Source: Candidatus Aldehydirespiratoraceae bacterium
GTDB taxonomy: Bacteria > Actinomycetota > Acidimicrobiia > Acidimicrobiales > Aldehydirespiratoraceae
Direction: 5' to 3'
Length of the DNA: 64,000 bases
Assembly: GCA_965205465.1 (NCBI GenBank)
Contig: OZ242187.1
Span: 2,078,890-2,142,889, forward strand
Part shown: positions 62,852 to 64,000 of the stretch, in pieces
Position numbering within the stretch: position 1 is the first letter of the stretch
Layout of the letters: each line of letters begins with the position of its first letter
Program-made: the position numbers and the translations under genes
Notes under the pieces: model-generated
Databases searched by the model: none
Told to the model about the DNA's origin: nothing
The model's input: the letters and a program-made list of their open reading frames with translations, nothing else

Positions 62852-63505
62852 TCAATTCGCACCAGCGAGATTTTCAAGTTGTGGGAATGGGCACGTCGAG
62901 TCCCAGAACCCATGTGCTTTCATTTCAGCGTGAATGCGATTGGCCTGATGGCGCGTGATCGTTCGCTCGTCAGCGGCTCGAACGAGCAGCTTACGGATCC
63001 TCTCGTACTTGTAGGGTTTGTCGCCGCTGAGTCCTGAGAGCACCTTAAGGGCATCAGAATCATCCGTCACTAGCGTCCAGTCGCGTCGGTGAGCTATAGC
63101 GACGCAGGCCGCTTCTCCCGGCCCGAGTGGTGCCTGCAGCCCGAAGTTCGATGCATAGGGGCCTTGAAGTTGATCTGCAAGCCGTTGCTCCAGAGGGTCC
63201 ATAGCCTCCGCGACAAGGCGTCGCTCATCGTGCAGACGATCGACACGGCTGACTTTCGAGAGAGATTCGGTGTCTCCATTAGATTCAGCGAGGCTGCCGT
63301 AGTACCTAACGATTTGTCGCATCTCTGACAGAAGATCAGGCTGCGGACTGGACTCCAGAGGGATCGCCCGATCCTCCGGGTCATAGACCGCGAAGGGCAC
63401 CCTGACGGGCCACCCGACCAGCTCGCCCAGCAGTTCCTCCTGGTCAGCCAAGAGGAAGTACAGCAATACGACAGTGTCGAGTACGTGTGATTCGTCAGAT
63501 GACAC
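62852..63505 (-). CDS. PIN-like nuclease-domain protein (possibly DUF4411-like)
   Basis: GTG 63505 overlaps the upstream gene's stop by 11 nt. It has the N-terminal motif HVLDTVVLLYFLL and a distal GEAACVAIAHRRDWTLVTDDSDALKVL, typical PIN-like acidic motifs. Confidence 0.65.
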   Translation of the reverse strand: MSSDESHVLDTVVLLYFLLADQEELLGELVGWPVRVPFAVYDPEDRAIPLESSPQPDLLSEMRQIVRYYGSLAESNGDTESLSKVSRVDRLHDERRLVAEAMDPLEQRLADQLQGPYASNFGLQAPLGPGEAACVAIAHRRDWTLVTDDSDALKVLSGLSGDKPYKYERIRKLLVRAADERTITRHQANRIHAEMKAHGFWDSTCPFPQLENLAGAN

Positions 63506-64000
63506 CAGTGTCCTCGAACTCGTCGAACTCTGTTTCGACGAGTTCCCAGCCCTCCTCCTCGATCGGTAGTTCGCCCACGATCTTGGCAATTTCGGGGAGC
63601 GCTATACCAGCGAAGGAAGCGGCCGTGGGCGGCGACATCAACTCCTTGACGACCGCGTCGCGAAGCATCCGCAGAAACGGCCTAGGGAAGCGGCGCAGTC
63701 GCCAACGCTCTGGATCTTGGTTCTGTTCCTCTGGATCAACGGTGTAGCCCAATGATCGCGCCAGCCCCACCGGACGAACTGTCTTCCTGAAACTGTCGTA
63801 GGTAGCCTGGCTGATGCCGTTCATCTGCCTGAGCCGTACGAGCGCCGTCGGCCATGACACCCGAAAGTAGCGTTGGATACGCACGGCGTGCCGGGGTTCA
63901 TCAATCCGTGGGGCCATTCCGGCCTCCTCCATGAACGCGCGGACGCCTTCGCGAGGCATTAGGAACTCGCCCGCGAAGATGTCAGCAAAGGTCTCATCAG
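63495..64000 (-). CDS. ImmA/IrrE (COG2856)-family metallopeptidase-like protein, C-terminal part; 5' end outside window
   Basis: The frame is open to the window edge. ...DETFADIFAGEFLMPREGVRAFMEEAG... is the conserved segment that follows the HExxH motif in this family. The tail is acidic. Confidence 0.6.
   Translation of the reverse strand, partial: DETFADIFAGEFLMPREGVRAFMEEAGMAPRIDEPRHAVRIQRYFRVSWPTALVRLRQMNGISQATYDSFRKTVRPVGLARSLGYTVDPEEQNQDPERWRLRRFPRPFLRMLRDAVVKELMSPPTAASFAGIALPEIAKIVGELPIEEEGWELVETEFDEFEDTGVI

Noticed and set aside
62731-62913. 60-aa ORF overlapping the 3' end of the PIN-like gene as an independent CDS.
   Set aside because: There is no motif, no clear RBS, and a 62-nt out-of-frame overlap. 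It is mentioned in a finding but not supportable as a feature.

Overview
High-GC (roughly 60-65% by eye) actinobacterial-type chromosomal segment. The left third (1-20.8 kb) looks core-like. It holds a Mo-hydroxylase subunit, a hidden selenocysteine glutathione peroxidase, and an IclR-linked catabolic cluster (RidA, D-aminoacylase, PLP deaminase-like enzyme, KDPG aldolase, KDG-kinase-like enzyme, peptide-type ABC importer). It also holds an ADC-like/amidohydrolase/SDR trio and glnS. From about 20.8 kb onward the window is a mosaic accessory region. That region contains three tRNAs (Arg-ACG, Ser-GCT, Ser-TGA), IS1380-, ISL3- and IS481-family elements plus solo ends, and a degraded integrase. 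It also contains four complete type II TA pairs (3 VapBC, 1 YefM/RelE) plus PIN fragments, a Fic protein, two COG1373/DUF4143 AAA+ ATPases and a XamI-like type II R-M pair. The remaining accessory content is a Kv-type K+ channel, an ImmA/IrrE + PIN-like pair at the right edge, several scrambled pseudogene fragments, and a paralogous family of exported FN3/Calx-beta/PPC-domain proteins. The most notable observations are: (i) a 14-nt poly-G tract just after the signal peptide of one FN3/PPC gene that puts it out of frame, a candidate phase-variation switch; (ii) a Sec-GPx with an fdhF-like SECIS; (iii) direct repeats bracketing gene blocks, including repeats made from a tRNA-Ser 3' end. Caveat: at least six reading-frame breaks are visible and four lie in G/C homopolymers, so sequencing or assembly error must be excluded. 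All family assignments come from motif recognition by eye; no searches were run.
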